Positions 38,717-48,023 of a stretch of 64,000 nucleotides of DNA are shown in pieces. Each line of letters begins with the position of its first letter. Within the stretch, counting starts at the first letter, position 1. The notes beneath the pieces are model-generated. The model did not search any database. It was not told the origin of the DNA and saw nothing but the letters and a program-made list of their open reading frames with translations. Position numbers and translations under genes: made by a program. The DNA comes from a virus, in IMG/VR virus record IMGVR_UViG_3300036820_000009, positions 29,726-93,725 of that record. One strand, 5' to 3'.

Positions 38717-39410
38717 GATAGGGCCCGATCGCAAAAAAGCCTTTGCCGTCGACGCCTTGCTCGACGACGCCGGCCGTCCAATCCTCTTCGATTTCGGCGA
38801 ACCGCTCCGGTCCGAAAACGATGTCGCCGCGGTAGGGTTCGACCTTGGCCAGGTCGACCGATCCCTGGTCATAGGTGATCGTCACGTGCGGCTTATAATC
38901 CGGCCAGGATGAGGTTGCGCCCTTGTCCAGGATTTCCTGTTGGCGCCGGCTGAGATCGTCGCACCGGAACCGCAGCACGATCGCGCCTTCCGGCCCGAGC
39001 TGCTGGACTTTGCGCGCCTTGGGTAGGCCGCTGGCGCGCACTTCGTCGAACGAATCGCCGAGGCCATCCCAATCCACGGCGGTTTTGCTATACACGATCG
39101 TCACGTGCATGTCGGCCGGCGGCAGGGTTTTCTCGAAGCCCTGCCGCTTGGCCCAGCCGATCAATTTATCGGCATTGGCCACCGGCCGCGACAGATAGAG
39201 ATTCCGTTTTGCCGCCTTGGCCAGCAAATGCACGTCGACCGATGTCGGCCGCGGCATGGCCAGCCGCTCGACCGACATGCCTTTGCTCAAATCGACGATA
39301 CGATAGGCGATACGGCGATCTGGCATGGTCGCTTTCACCGCGGCGAACGCCGGCGCGTCGAGCACCGCGATGATGGTAAGTCGTCCCTTTGCCCACGATG
39401 TTCGGATCAC
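38709..39410 (-). CDS. 2H phosphoesterase, Acb1/T4 gp57B-like (anti-CBASS candidate)
   Basis: Two HxT motifs (MHVTIVYS, PHVTITY), YRGDIVFGPE. Confidence 0.78.
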   Translation of the reverse strand: MIRTSWAKGRLTIIAVLDAPAFAAVKATMPDRRIAYRIVDLSKGMSVERLAMPRPTSVDVHLLAKAAKRNLYLSRPVANADKLIGWAKRQGFEKTLPPADMHVTIVYSKTAVDWDGLGDSFDEVRASGLPKARKVQQLGPEGAIVLRFRCDDLSRRQQEILDKGATSSWPDYKPHVTITYDQGSVDLAKVEPYRGDIVFGPERFAEIEEDWTAGVVEQGVDGKGFFAIGPYHV

Positions 39411-39462
39411 AGCCGCTCCCCTGCGCGGCAAGCATACCGCCAAACGGCGGCAACCCCCTATA

Positions 39463-40158
39463 TCACGCGGTCGCGAATCCGCTTACGGCAAGTGTTGCGG
39501 TTTGCCGCGACTTGGAAAACCAGCTTCCGACTGTATTGAAATGACACCCAAAATAATCGGCGATCTGTTTTTGCGTCCAGTGTTGATTGTTATACAGATC
39601 CAGTGCCTCTTTTTTCTCTTCGCTGGAATAGATGATCGGGTGTTCTTTTTTCTTCCGGCCCAGCATGAGATCGCCAAGTTTCCGGGATCCTTGAAGCTCG
39701 GCGCCTTTCGCGAAAATTTCCTCGTAGAGATTGATCCAGTGGTCGACGCTGATTTGCGGCGAAATCGAATTCCACCAATTGTCGCTATAGTCTTGCGACA
39801 GGATCACGCGGTCCAGTAGCCATGCCATGCGCTGAATCCCATCATGGCATTCCGCGGCATGGAATGAAAATTCGCAATAGAGTTCGCGCTTACTGTCGGC
39901 CGCGCGATATTTTCCCTGCGCGATGCGCATCGTCTTGCAGTCGGCGCAATAACAATTGCGCGCATGCCCGGAAACGCGTCGCTTCGCCTGCTTGATTACT
40001 TCGAACTTGGCGCGCCAATCGACGCACACCAGGCATGAGCAATCCGGATCGACAGCCGAATAGTCGCTGTGCGCCAGGGCGCTACGCTGTACCACTTGGT
40101 TCCGATCTCCCCACCGGCAGCGCGATGCCATTGCCGCGATATACCGCATCGATGGCAT
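39463..40158 (-). CDS. Cys-rich protein with C-terminal HTH (start uncertain)
   Basis: CSCLVC, CYCADC; WTQKQIADYFGCHFNTVGSW. Confidence 0.55.
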   Translation of the reverse strand: MPSMRYIAAMASRCRWGDRNQVVQRSALAHSDYSAVDPDCSCLVCVDWRAKFEVIKQAKRRVSGHARNCYCADCKTMRIAQGKYRAADSKRELYCEFSFHAAECHDGIQRMAWLLDRVILSQDYSDNWWNSISPQISVDHWINLYEEIFAKGAELQGSRKLGDLMLGRKKKEHPIIYSSEEKKEALDLYNNQHWTQKQIADYFGCHFNTVGSWFSKSRQTATLAVSGFATA

Positions 40159-43100
40159 CGATATAATCCGAACTTTCGATTCCGTTCAAGTCAACCGAGA
40201 CAATGTCTTCGTTGAAGAAGCGCATCCATTCCGCGAGCCAGCTCATGACCGCGATATGGCCATGGCTGCTGCCGAACGTGTCGAGACACATCTGGCAGGC
40301 GCCCTTGCGATAGCCCTGATCGCAGGATCGGCCGTTTTGCATGAGGTCGCGGCGCGCGCATACCGATTCGGCATTGATCGGCCGGTATTCCACCGGCACG
40401 CCGAGCCGCACCAGGAACCCGAGCATCGCCGGCGGCGCTTCGCCGAGCTCGGTCACGACGATCTTATCGATGCCCATCAGCGCGATCGACGGCACCGCCG
40501 CTTTCGGATTGCGGATATCGAACGGCAGCGTGTTTTCGAGCGGCGGCTTGGCGAACCGCGCCTTGAATCCGGTGACCTCCAACTCATAGATCGCGTCGCC
40601 ATCGCGCCATTCGTCGAACATGGAGCGGTCCGGTCCGAGCATCAGAATCCGCTGGAACGGCCAATCCTGGTCGCGCCAGGGCCAAGGCAACGGCGGCCAG
40701 ACAAAATGATCCATGTTGAGGCCCGCCACCACCATGCCGCCCTGAAGCAGGTAGATCACCAGGTTCGAATTCCAGTAGCGATCGATATCGGGATAGCGTT
40801 CGCCGATGATGGTGCCTTCGTCGCGCAAGAGCCGCATGCCCTCTTCGCTGTTGGACTTGGTACGCGTCACGCCTTCGAAGTGCTGAAGCTGCGCGCGACA
40901 GGCGACGATATTGAAATAGTTTCGCCGGCGCAGTTCGAGGCAGAACGCGACGTCGTTGTAATTGTGTGACAGATATTCCGGGAATCCGCCGACTTCATCG
41001 AAAAGCTGCCGCCGCACCACCATGCAGGCGCCGGTGACGCACGAATTTTCGTGCGACAGCATCGCCAGCCCGTGATAGCCCGGCAAATGCGCCGGCAGGC
41101 CTTTGTGCAGGTGGCCATTGTTGCCGCGGTGCGAAATCACGCCGATGTGCTGGATGGCGCCATGCGGATAGAGCAGTTTGGCGCCAATCGCGCCGGCGCC
41201 TGGCGCGTAGGTTGCCGCCACCATCTCGCTGAGCCAGATCGGCGCCAGGATCCGCGTGTCGTCATTGAGGAAACACAGAATTTCGCTGTCGGTCTGGCTC
41301 ACCGCGAAATTGTTGAGTTTCGACCAATTATAGGGCTCGGCCCATACCAGGATCTCGATCCGCTTGTCGGTCAACGAATCCAGGTAGCTGAGCATTTCCG
41401 GATTGTCGCTGCCGTTGTCGACGATCAGCACGTCGAAATTCTTGTATGTCGTCATGCTCAGCAGCGTGTTGAGGCACGGCATCAGCATTTCGACGCGATT
41501 CTTGGTCGGAATGATAATCGTGACTTTCGGCTCTTCGCGATAGCCACCGACATATTGGACTTCGTGGCAGTCGTGAATCACCGGATGCTGGCAGACATTG
41601 ACCGGCATGCCATATCGCTTGGCATGCGCATCGGCGAGCGCGGCTTTCTTAGGCGCGTTCGCGCGCAACACGGCGGGATCGACCGGCGCCAGATGCGCGC
41701 AAATCCGCTGCACGTGACCGATACTGTCGCGGCCACAGGTTTCGATCGTGCGCAGCGCCAATTCGTAAAACAGCACATCGCTGTCGGTATCGGCGGCGCA
41801 CGCCGGCAGCAACCGCGATGCCAGCAGGCCTTCGATCGCCATCAGCGGCGTCACGTAATCCAGGCCGAGGAAATAATGGTGATCGAAGTCGGGCTTGAAA
41901 TGATGATCGCCACGCAGGCCCTTTTCGTTGAGGATATCGTGATCGCTATAGATCAGCTTGACGGCGAGATTCTTTTCCAGCTCCGTGACATAGATGCTGA
42001 AGAAGTCGTCGATTTCGGTGGTGGCGGCCGCGCACACGATCCAATCGATATTGGCATCGATCGCGGCCTGGAGCTCGGCGCGATCGTGCGCGATCGTCAT
42101 GGTCGGCATGCCGGCCAGCGCTTTCCATTTTTCGATGGCCGCGAGATCGCGCGGGCCCGGCGTATCGAAGATCGCGGCCCATAGCGGATATTCGGTCCGA
42201 TGCCGCTGTTCCGGCAATCCGCGGTACCGCAATCGGTGAAACGCGAGTTCGAGTTCCTGGCGCGCCTGCGTAATGGCGGGCTGATCGGCCTTGCCCGGTG
42301 GCCACCGCAAGCCCATGCGCAGCGCGATTTCATTGGCCAGCGTCGCCGGCGTGCCGCGCGGTTCCTTCGAATAGAGATAGAAATCGAACCGAATCACATT
42401 TTCGAATCCGCGCGCCGCCGCCATGCCGCTCCATTCGATGATCGCCATTTCCGTGTTGCCGATGCGGAAATCGGGAAATCCGATCGTTTCCAGCGCGGCG
42501 CGCCGGATCAGCATGCAGGGTCCGGTCGCGATGCCGGTGCTGGCAACCTGATCCTCGAAAATATCCTTGGCGGTTTCGTGGATGCCGTCAGCGGTGGCCG
42601 CATCGATCGCGGTAAACGAATTCATCTTGGGAAACCCGGTATAGGCGCCATCGTTCGAGAAGAACGAAATTGTTGCCAGTTTCGGATTTCCGGTGCGCCG
42701 CAACCGCTCGATCATGTCGGGCGGCAGCACGATCGAATCGCGGACGTAGAGAATATCGGCCGTGGTGTCTTCGCAGATCGATTGCAGATCGGACACCGTC
42801 GTCGTGATGCCATTGACCGTGGCTTGCTTGCCGACGACGACAATGACGCCGTTCTTGCCGCCGGCGCGCGCCGCGGCGCTATCGAGCGCGGGCTCGAAGG
42901 CGCGGATTCCCTTGGGCAACCAGCCTTCCATGCGCTCGGCCGCCTTGGTGTCGAGACAATAATGGCGCTTGGCCCAGGTATGAAGCCGCTGCGCATGATC
43001 GCCACGCTGCGAATCGGACAGCGTCATGAACATGGCGATGGCGGCGATCCATTCGTCGGCGGTGGCGCAATGCGCATAAACCGGCGGCGCGTTCTCGACA

Positions 43101-43954
43101 TAGGGCGCGACCCGCGACGCGATCACCGGATAGACGCAGGCGCCGGCTTCGATCAATCGCAGGTTCGATTTGCAGCGATTGAAATGATTGTCGTCGAGCG
43201 GCGCGATCATCAAATCGACATCGAGATTCGCCAGCGCCACCAGATATTGGTTCGGCGGTACCGCGCCGGCGAAAAACTTCGATACGCCCAGCGGCGTGTC
43301 CGGATCCATGCCGAGAAAGCACCAATCCACCGTGTCGCCGAAATGTTCGAAGACGGGCTTCATCATGCCGAAATCGGCGGTGTGCCCGATGCCGCCGCCC
43401 CAGCCGATGCGAAACTTATTGTGCTTTTTCGGCGGCCGTTGGCGCGGGTTCCGCGCGGCGAACCGCGCCTGATGCGCATTCTCGAAATCGTCGATGCCGA
43501 GCATGTTGGGAATGACGCGGACATCGATATCGCCACAGATATCGCGCATATGGGTCGCGAGATTGCGCGTGGTGACCGATACCGCATCGCACAGCGCGAC
43601 GCTATTCTTGATGCCGCGATTGATGTTGGGCGGCAGGAACGGTTTGTGCCAGCTCGTATCCGGCACGTCGGCGATCGCGTCGTCGATCTCGTAAACGAAA
43701 AACGCATCGGGCAGCGCGGTCCGATAGCGCTGCATCATTTCGAGCTGGCCATCGCCCTGCCGCTGCCATACCACGACGTCCGGTGCCAGCACCTTGAGAT
43801 ACTGCTCGGGCATGAAATTGAATTCGGCGCGGCCGGTGGCGACGCCGGCGCGCATCATGATTTCGAGCGGCCGCAGAATGCGATGATAGCCACAGCCCTG
43901 ATTGTCGCCGGGATGGGCCAGGATATAGGGCGGACGATTCAATCTGCTGGACAC
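40082..43954 (-). CDS. Multidomain glycosyltransferase (~1290 aa; N-terminal GT4-like, C-terminal GT2 domains)
   Basis: YEIDD, RIGWGGGIGH, APLDDNHFNRCKSNLRLIE; IIIPTKN, FLNDDT, VTGACM, NDVAFCL; GTG start after GGAG. Confidence 0.88.
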   Translation of the reverse strand: MSSRLNRPPYILAHPGDNQGCGYHRILRPLEIMMRAGVATGRAEFNFMPEQYLKVLAPDVVVWQRQGDGQLEMMQRYRTALPDAFFVYEIDDAIADVPDTSWHKPFLPPNINRGIKNSVALCDAVSVTTRNLATHMRDICGDIDVRVIPNMLGIDDFENAHQARFAARNPRQRPPKKHNKFRIGWGGGIGHTADFGMMKPVFEHFGDTVDWCFLGMDPDTPLGVSKFFAGAVPPNQYLVALANLDVDLMIAPLDDNHFNRCKSNLRLIEAGACVYPVIASRVAPYVENAPPVYAHCATADEWIAAIAMFMTLSDSQRGDHAQRLHTWAKRHYCLDTKAAERMEGWLPKGIRAFEPALDSAAARAGGKNGVIVVVGKQATVNGITTTVSDLQSICEDTTADILYVRDSIVLPPDMIERLRRTGNPKLATISFFSNDGAYTGFPKMNSFTAIDAATADGIHETAKDIFEDQVASTGIATGPCMLIRRAALETIGFPDFRIGNTEMAIIEWSGMAAARGFENVIRFDFYLYSKEPRGTPATLANEIALRMGLRWPPGKADQPAITQARQELELAFHRLRYRGLPEQRHRTEYPLWAAIFDTPGPRDLAAIEKWKALAGMPTMTIAHDRAELQAAIDANIDWIVCAAATTEIDDFFSIYVTELEKNLAVKLIYSDHDILNEKGLRGDHHFKPDFDHHYFLGLDYVTPLMAIEGLLASRLLPACAADTDSDVLFYELALRTIETCGRDSIGHVQRICAHLAPVDPAVLRANAPKKAALADAHAKRYGMPVNVCQHPVIHDCHEVQYVGGYREEPKVTIIIPTKNRVEMLMPCLNTLLSMTTYKNFDVLIVDNGSDNPEMLSYLDSLTDKRIEILVWAEPYNWSKLNNFAVSQTDSEILCFLNDDTRILAPIWLSEMVAATYAPGAGAIGAKLLYPHGAIQHIGVISHRGNNGHLHKGLPAHLPGYHGLAMLSHENSCVTGACMVVRRQLFDEVGGFPEYLSHNYNDVAFCLELRRRNYFNIVACRAQLQHFEGVTRTKSNSEEGMRLLRDEGTIIGERYPDIDRYWNSNLVIYLLQGGMVVAGLNMDHFVWPPLPWPWRDQDWPFQRILMLGPDRSMFDEWRDGDAIYELEVTGFKARFAKPPLENTLPFDIRNPKAAVPSIALMGIDKIVVTELGEAPPAMLGFLVRLGVPVEYRPINAESVCARRDLMQNGRSCDQGYRKGACQMCLDTFGSSHGHIAVMSWLAEWMRFFNEDIVSVDLNGIESSDYIDAIDAVYRGNGIALPVGRSEPSGTA

Positions 43955-44352
43955 GTGAGCTCCGTTTTTGGATCGGAAAGAAAGGAATGGCTGAGGTTGC
44001 GGGTGAAATAATTGGTGCTGACGGGATCGTCCGACGCGCCTTCGGCGCCGCCGTAATGGACGCATAGATCGTCGGTCCCGGCTTCGTAGGTCCGGCAGGC
44101 GTGTGGCCGATTGGCGTAATCGCCGCAGCGACCGTTCGGCAACAGATTAAAGCACCACCAGACCCAATTGCCGTCACGGCGCCGATAGAGCGGCATGAAC
44201 GATAAAGGATGTTCCTCGAATCCGCTTTGCGCCGCCATCTGCACGATCGCTTCGAGTGCGGTCTCGACCGTGGCGACCCGCGGATCACCCGATAGGATTA
44301 CCGCGCGACAGCAATTGCCCGGCACGAAACACGAATCGCAAACCGACATCAA
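43939..44352 (-). CDS. YkgJ-like zinc/iron-chelating cysteine-cluster protein
   Basis: CDSC...CC, C..L...GRCGDYANRPHACRTY. Confidence 0.7.
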   Translation of the reverse strand: MMSVCDSCFVPGNCCRAVILSGDPRVATVETALEAIVQMAAQSGFEEHPLSFMPLYRRRDGNWVWWCFNLLPNGRCGDYANRPHACRTYEAGTDDLCVHYGGAEGASDDPVSTNYFTRNLSHSFLSDPKTELTCPAD

Positions 44353-46058
44353 GCCGCCCGTTTTGTTTCGGTCGCACTATTCCGTCTGACGCCGCTGATC
44401 TTGCCGTGCGCCTCGGACCGCGCCGGATCCTTCGATGGCTTGAACGGCGCACCCGCGGACTCGCCATCCTTGCCATCGGTATCGAGGCCCAACATGGCTT
44501 CGAGCATGGTGGCGGCCATGGTCTGGAACGCATTGGTTTTGCCCGGATCCGCGGGGCAGAGCCCGAGAATGATCGCCAGCGGTTCCAGTTCCTTGTGATC
44601 CTTCACCATTTCGACCAGCTTCGGCCTGCCCGCCATGACGCGCTGTTCGTCGAAGGTGCAGGCATTCATTTTCGCTTCGTATTGCCGCGCATCCTCTTTT
44701 GGATTTTTGCCGGTAAACACAAACTGCAAATGCGGCCAGCGCGACCACAGCAGATATTCGTTGATGAAGGCTTCGATGTGCCCGAGCAGCGGCGCCAGGC
44801 CGGGATCGTCTTCATCGACCGCGTTGCCCGATGAATCCGGCAACGGTTCGGTATCGCGGCCCTTGCCGCTGATCCGATAGCCGAGCCGGCGCGCCGGGAA
44901 TCGATAGATGCAGCAGAACAGGCCGGCCAGCATGTTCATCCATTCCTCGTAATATCCCTCCATCCCTTTGACCGATGAGAGATCGACGAGTTCGAATTTC
45001 GCTTCGCCCGACAGGCCGACCACCGGCATCGCCCATGCCTTGGTGATACCGCGCTTCATGTTGGTCCACAGCCGATTGAAAATGTCGAGCTGGCGCTGCG
45101 TGACCGAGCCGCCGGTGATGGTCAGGATCGCGTTCGGAATGCCATTGCGATTGAACACGTCGACATTGAGATCGATCGCGTTCTGGAACCCTTGAATCAG
45201 CCGGATCGCGATTTCGATTTCGCTATAGCCGTAGCCCGACGCAAAGAGATCGCCGGATACCGCGACGTCCGTCCGCGTGTTGCGGACATAGAAAGTGAGC
45301 TGTTCGCGCGTAAATTCCTGGACAACCTTGCCGCCCTGGTCGACGCCGACCGCGAAGATCTTCGGATCGCCTTTGTAGCCGCGCTTCGCGGTCAGCCGGA
45401 TATTGCCGGCGGGCAGCAGCGAATAGCCCTTGACCTTGTCGTCGCCGGTCATGTCGGTCCACAGCGCCAGCCCGTCATAGGTCAGCATGTCGCGCACCGC
45501 GGCCGCCAGGAAATTCTTGAACCCAAGACACCGCGCTTCGTCGCGCTTGCGGGCTTGCGCATATGTCGTTTCGGCATTGGAATTGAGAATGAAGCGCTGC
45601 GCTTCCAGGATTTCCTTCGCCAGCGTATCGGACTGCTCTTCCTTTTTCTCGCGCGCCTCGATGCGCCAGCCCGGTTTCCAGATCTCCGTCGACAGATCCG
45701 AATAACGCTGCACGTCATCGCAGCGCATGCCGATCACGACTTGCGGCGCCACGTTCTCGCGCGCGATTTTTTGCAGCGCTTCCGGCGCGATGCCGGGCCA
45801 TGGCAGTACGCCGGTCGCATTGGGATCCGGCATGTATTCGATGCGGCCATAGGCGAAATCGCCCGGCGGCAGATTGAGCGATTTCAGCGCGGCGGGAAGC
45901 CCGCTCCCGCCCATGTCCTTGAACAGGCCCTCGAAAAAGCTGACATAGCCTTCGTGATCGAGCGCGGTAACATTGCCGATCGATCCGGCACTCGGCAGCC
46001 TAACCGCCGAGTCCCCCTGATTCGCGTCAAATGGTTCGCGTGTCGGACCTTCTGACAT
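44349..46058 (-). CDS. Portal protein
   Basis: Follows terL; VRDMLTYD, GYGYSEIE, NGIPNAIL, PGLAPLLGHIEAFIN. Confidence 0.82.
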   Translation of the reverse strand: MSEGPTREPFDANQGDSAVRLPSAGSIGNVTALDHEGYVSFFEGLFKDMGGSGLPAALKSLNLPPGDFAYGRIEYMPDPNATGVLPWPGIAPEALQKIARENVAPQVVIGMRCDDVQRYSDLSTEIWKPGWRIEAREKKEEQSDTLAKEILEAQRFILNSNAETTYAQARKRDEARCLGFKNFLAAAVRDMLTYDGLALWTDMTGDDKVKGYSLLPAGNIRLTAKRGYKGDPKIFAVGVDQGGKVVQEFTREQLTFYVRNTRTDVAVSGDLFASGYGYSEIEIAIRLIQGFQNAIDLNVDVFNRNGIPNAILTITGGSVTQRQLDIFNRLWTNMKRGITKAWAMPVVGLSGEAKFELVDLSSVKGMEGYYEEWMNMLAGLFCCIYRFPARRLGYRISGKGRDTEPLPDSSGNAVDEDDPGLAPLLGHIEAFINEYLLWSRWPHLQFVFTGKNPKEDARQYEAKMNACTFDEQRVMAGRPKLVEMVKDHKELEPLAIILGLCPADPGKTNAFQTMAATMLEAMLGLDTDGKDGESAGAPFKPSKDPARSEAHGKISGVRRNSATETKRAA

Positions 46059-47163
46059 AGCCCCCGCCATCCGAAACTGGCCGGTCCACCAGCTCGACAT
46101 GTTCGCAACAATCCATCGGAATCATAGGACGGCGCCAGAGTCCGCACCAGCCTTTTTCATAATGCGTACAGTTCGAACAGCTCGTCGCGTAGGGATCGAC
46201 CACCATCGACGGCAGCTCGTCGATGAACATGAGGGCTTCGAGCCGCGGATCGGCGATGCCGTGATTGACCGCCTTGCTCGCCTCGATCAGGTCCGGCGGC
46301 GCGGTGTCGGGCGACCAATCGCTGGGCAGCAGCATGGTCTTGGCGCCCAACTGGATCGCATAGGTGACGAGATGCACGAACGCGTCGACCTGATCGCTGA
46401 CCGCGTCATCGATGCCCGAGAAATCCTTGAGCTCGGTTTCGAACGTCTTGAGCCAGCGCGCGGTTTGCGGGAATAGCACCCGATGCTGCCGGCACCAGCC
46501 CTGAACCGAGCCGGCTTCGGTGCCGCTGATCGCGCGCGCGCGCTTGCCTTCCTTGGCTTCGACGCCCTGGATGTTGATGTTGGCGCCGGGCATCGATTGC
46601 AGAATCGAGATACCGGATGCGCGGTTCTCGACCAGCACCAGCTCCGGCCGCCACTTCATGTGCTGTTGCCGCACCGCGAGCGGCAGGCTGCCCCAATCCA
46701 TCTTCTTGCGGAACACGTCAAGAATCAGCACGTCGAAATGGGCATCGCATGGCCCATTGATCTTCTCGTCTTCGCCGCAGTGATACTTGCTGCACGGTAG
46801 CAGCAATCCGGTCACGCAGACCGACCAGGCCGAGCCCGCGGTTTCGGAAAACGCCGTATCCCATGCCTGGAAAATGCCGTGCCCATGTTCGCAGAATTTA
46901 GCGACCGATGGCGCATTGATGCCGTACCACAGCGCTTCCGGCGGCACGTAATAGAGAAAATCCTTTTTGAGGAAGATCGAGCCTTCGCGCGCGCCCGGCC
47001 GCTGCTGATAGATGGCTTCGAAATCGGCGGGACTGTTGCGGCGAACCGCGGTGACTTCGCGTCGTTTCTGATCGGAGGTCGGCCAAAAAAACGCTTCGTT
47101 CCGATCCGCCCACGCTTCATCATAGCCGTAGGTGACTTTGAGTTTGATCAGGCCGTCGCTCAT
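46027..47163 (-). CDS. terL: Terminase large subunit, C-terminal part (lid remainder plus nuclease)
   Basis: FEAIYQQRP, WDTAF, LVENRASGISILQ, DQVDAF. Confidence 0.85.
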   Translation of the reverse strand: MSDGLIKLKVTYGYDEAWADRNEAFFWPTSDQKRREVTAVRRNSPADFEAIYQQRPGAREGSIFLKKDFLYYVPPEALWYGINAPSVAKFCEHGHGIFQAWDTAFSETAGSAWSVCVTGLLLPCSKYHCGEDEKINGPCDAHFDVLILDVFRKKMDWGSLPLAVRQQHMKWRPELVLVENRASGISILQSMPGANINIQGVEAKEGKRARAISGTEAGSVQGWCRQHRVLFPQTARWLKTFETELKDFSGIDDAVSDQVDAFVHLVTYAIQLGAKTMLLPSDWSPDTAPPDLIEASKAVNHGIADPRLEALMFIDELPSMVVDPYATSCSNCTHYEKGWCGLWRRPMIPMDCCEHVELVDRPVSDGGGYVRRSDTRTI

Positions 47164-47177
47164 TGTTGGGGCATACC

Positions 47178-48023
47178 ATGCGACAGAAAATTATTCTACG
47201 GCGGGCTGGCGCGCTCGGCGACGTGCTGTGCGCCACGCCGATCGCGCGGCGCCTGCGGCAGCTCAACCCCGCTGCCGAAATCGTCGGCCAGACCAATGTG
47301 CCGGAAGCGCTCGCGGAAAATATCTGGATTGACCGCGTCATCCCGATGAATCAGCGGGAACCGGATGCCGAGCTGATCGATCTCGATCTCGCCTATGAGC
47401 GGCGCCCCACCATGCATATCGTCGATGCCTACATGGAAGCCGCCGGCATCGACGGCGATAAGACGCCCTGCTTCGGCCGGTTCCATCCAACAGGCACAAC
47501 CCACAAGATCGAGTTCATCGCCATCCATGCCGCGCGCGCGTGGCCGAGCCGGACATTCAGCCCGGCGTTTTGGGATACGGTGATCACCGTGCTGCTCCAC
47601 AAATTTTCCTATCCGATTGTCTTGGTCGGCCACGGCGGCGATTATCGTGTCGCGCATGACCGGGTGATCAATATGGTGGGCCGGCTGACGCTGGCCGAAA
47701 CCCGGCTCATGATCGAAACAGCCGGCCTGCTCGTGTGCAACGATTCGGGCATGCTGCACCTGGCCGGCACCACGCGCGCCGCCATTGTCGGCTTGTTCAC
47801 GTCGGTCAAGGCGGCCTATCGATTGCCGTATCGCGATGGCGTGCTCGGCTGGAATTGCGCGGCGATCGAGGCACCGATCGGCTGCTACGGGTGTCTCGCC
47901 GAGGCGCCGGTGCCGAGCACCAATCTGGTTTGCCGCCGCGGCGACAATGCCTGCGTGACATCGATCGAGCCGGCGGCGGTGGTGGATCAGGTCGCAACTT
48001 TCGTCGCCGGCAACGCAATGTGA
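47178..48023 (+). CDS. Glycosyltransferase family 9 (heptosyltransferase-like)
   Basis: RAGALGDVLCATP, VCNDSGMLHLAG, VGLF, CYGC motifs. Confidence 0.88.
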   Translation: MRQKIILRRAGALGDVLCATPIARRLRQLNPAAEIVGQTNVPEALAENIWIDRVIPMNQREPDAELIDLDLAYERRPTMHIVDAYMEAAGIDGDKTPCFGRFHPTGTTHKIEFIAIHAARAWPSRTFSPAFWDTVITVLLHKFSYPIVLVGHGGDYRVAHDRVINMVGRLTLAETRLMIETAGLLVCNDSGMLHLAGTTRAAIVGLFTSVKAAYRLPYRDGVLGWNCAAIEAPIGCYGCLAEAPVPSTNLVCRRGDNACVTSIEPAAVVDQVATFVAGNAM

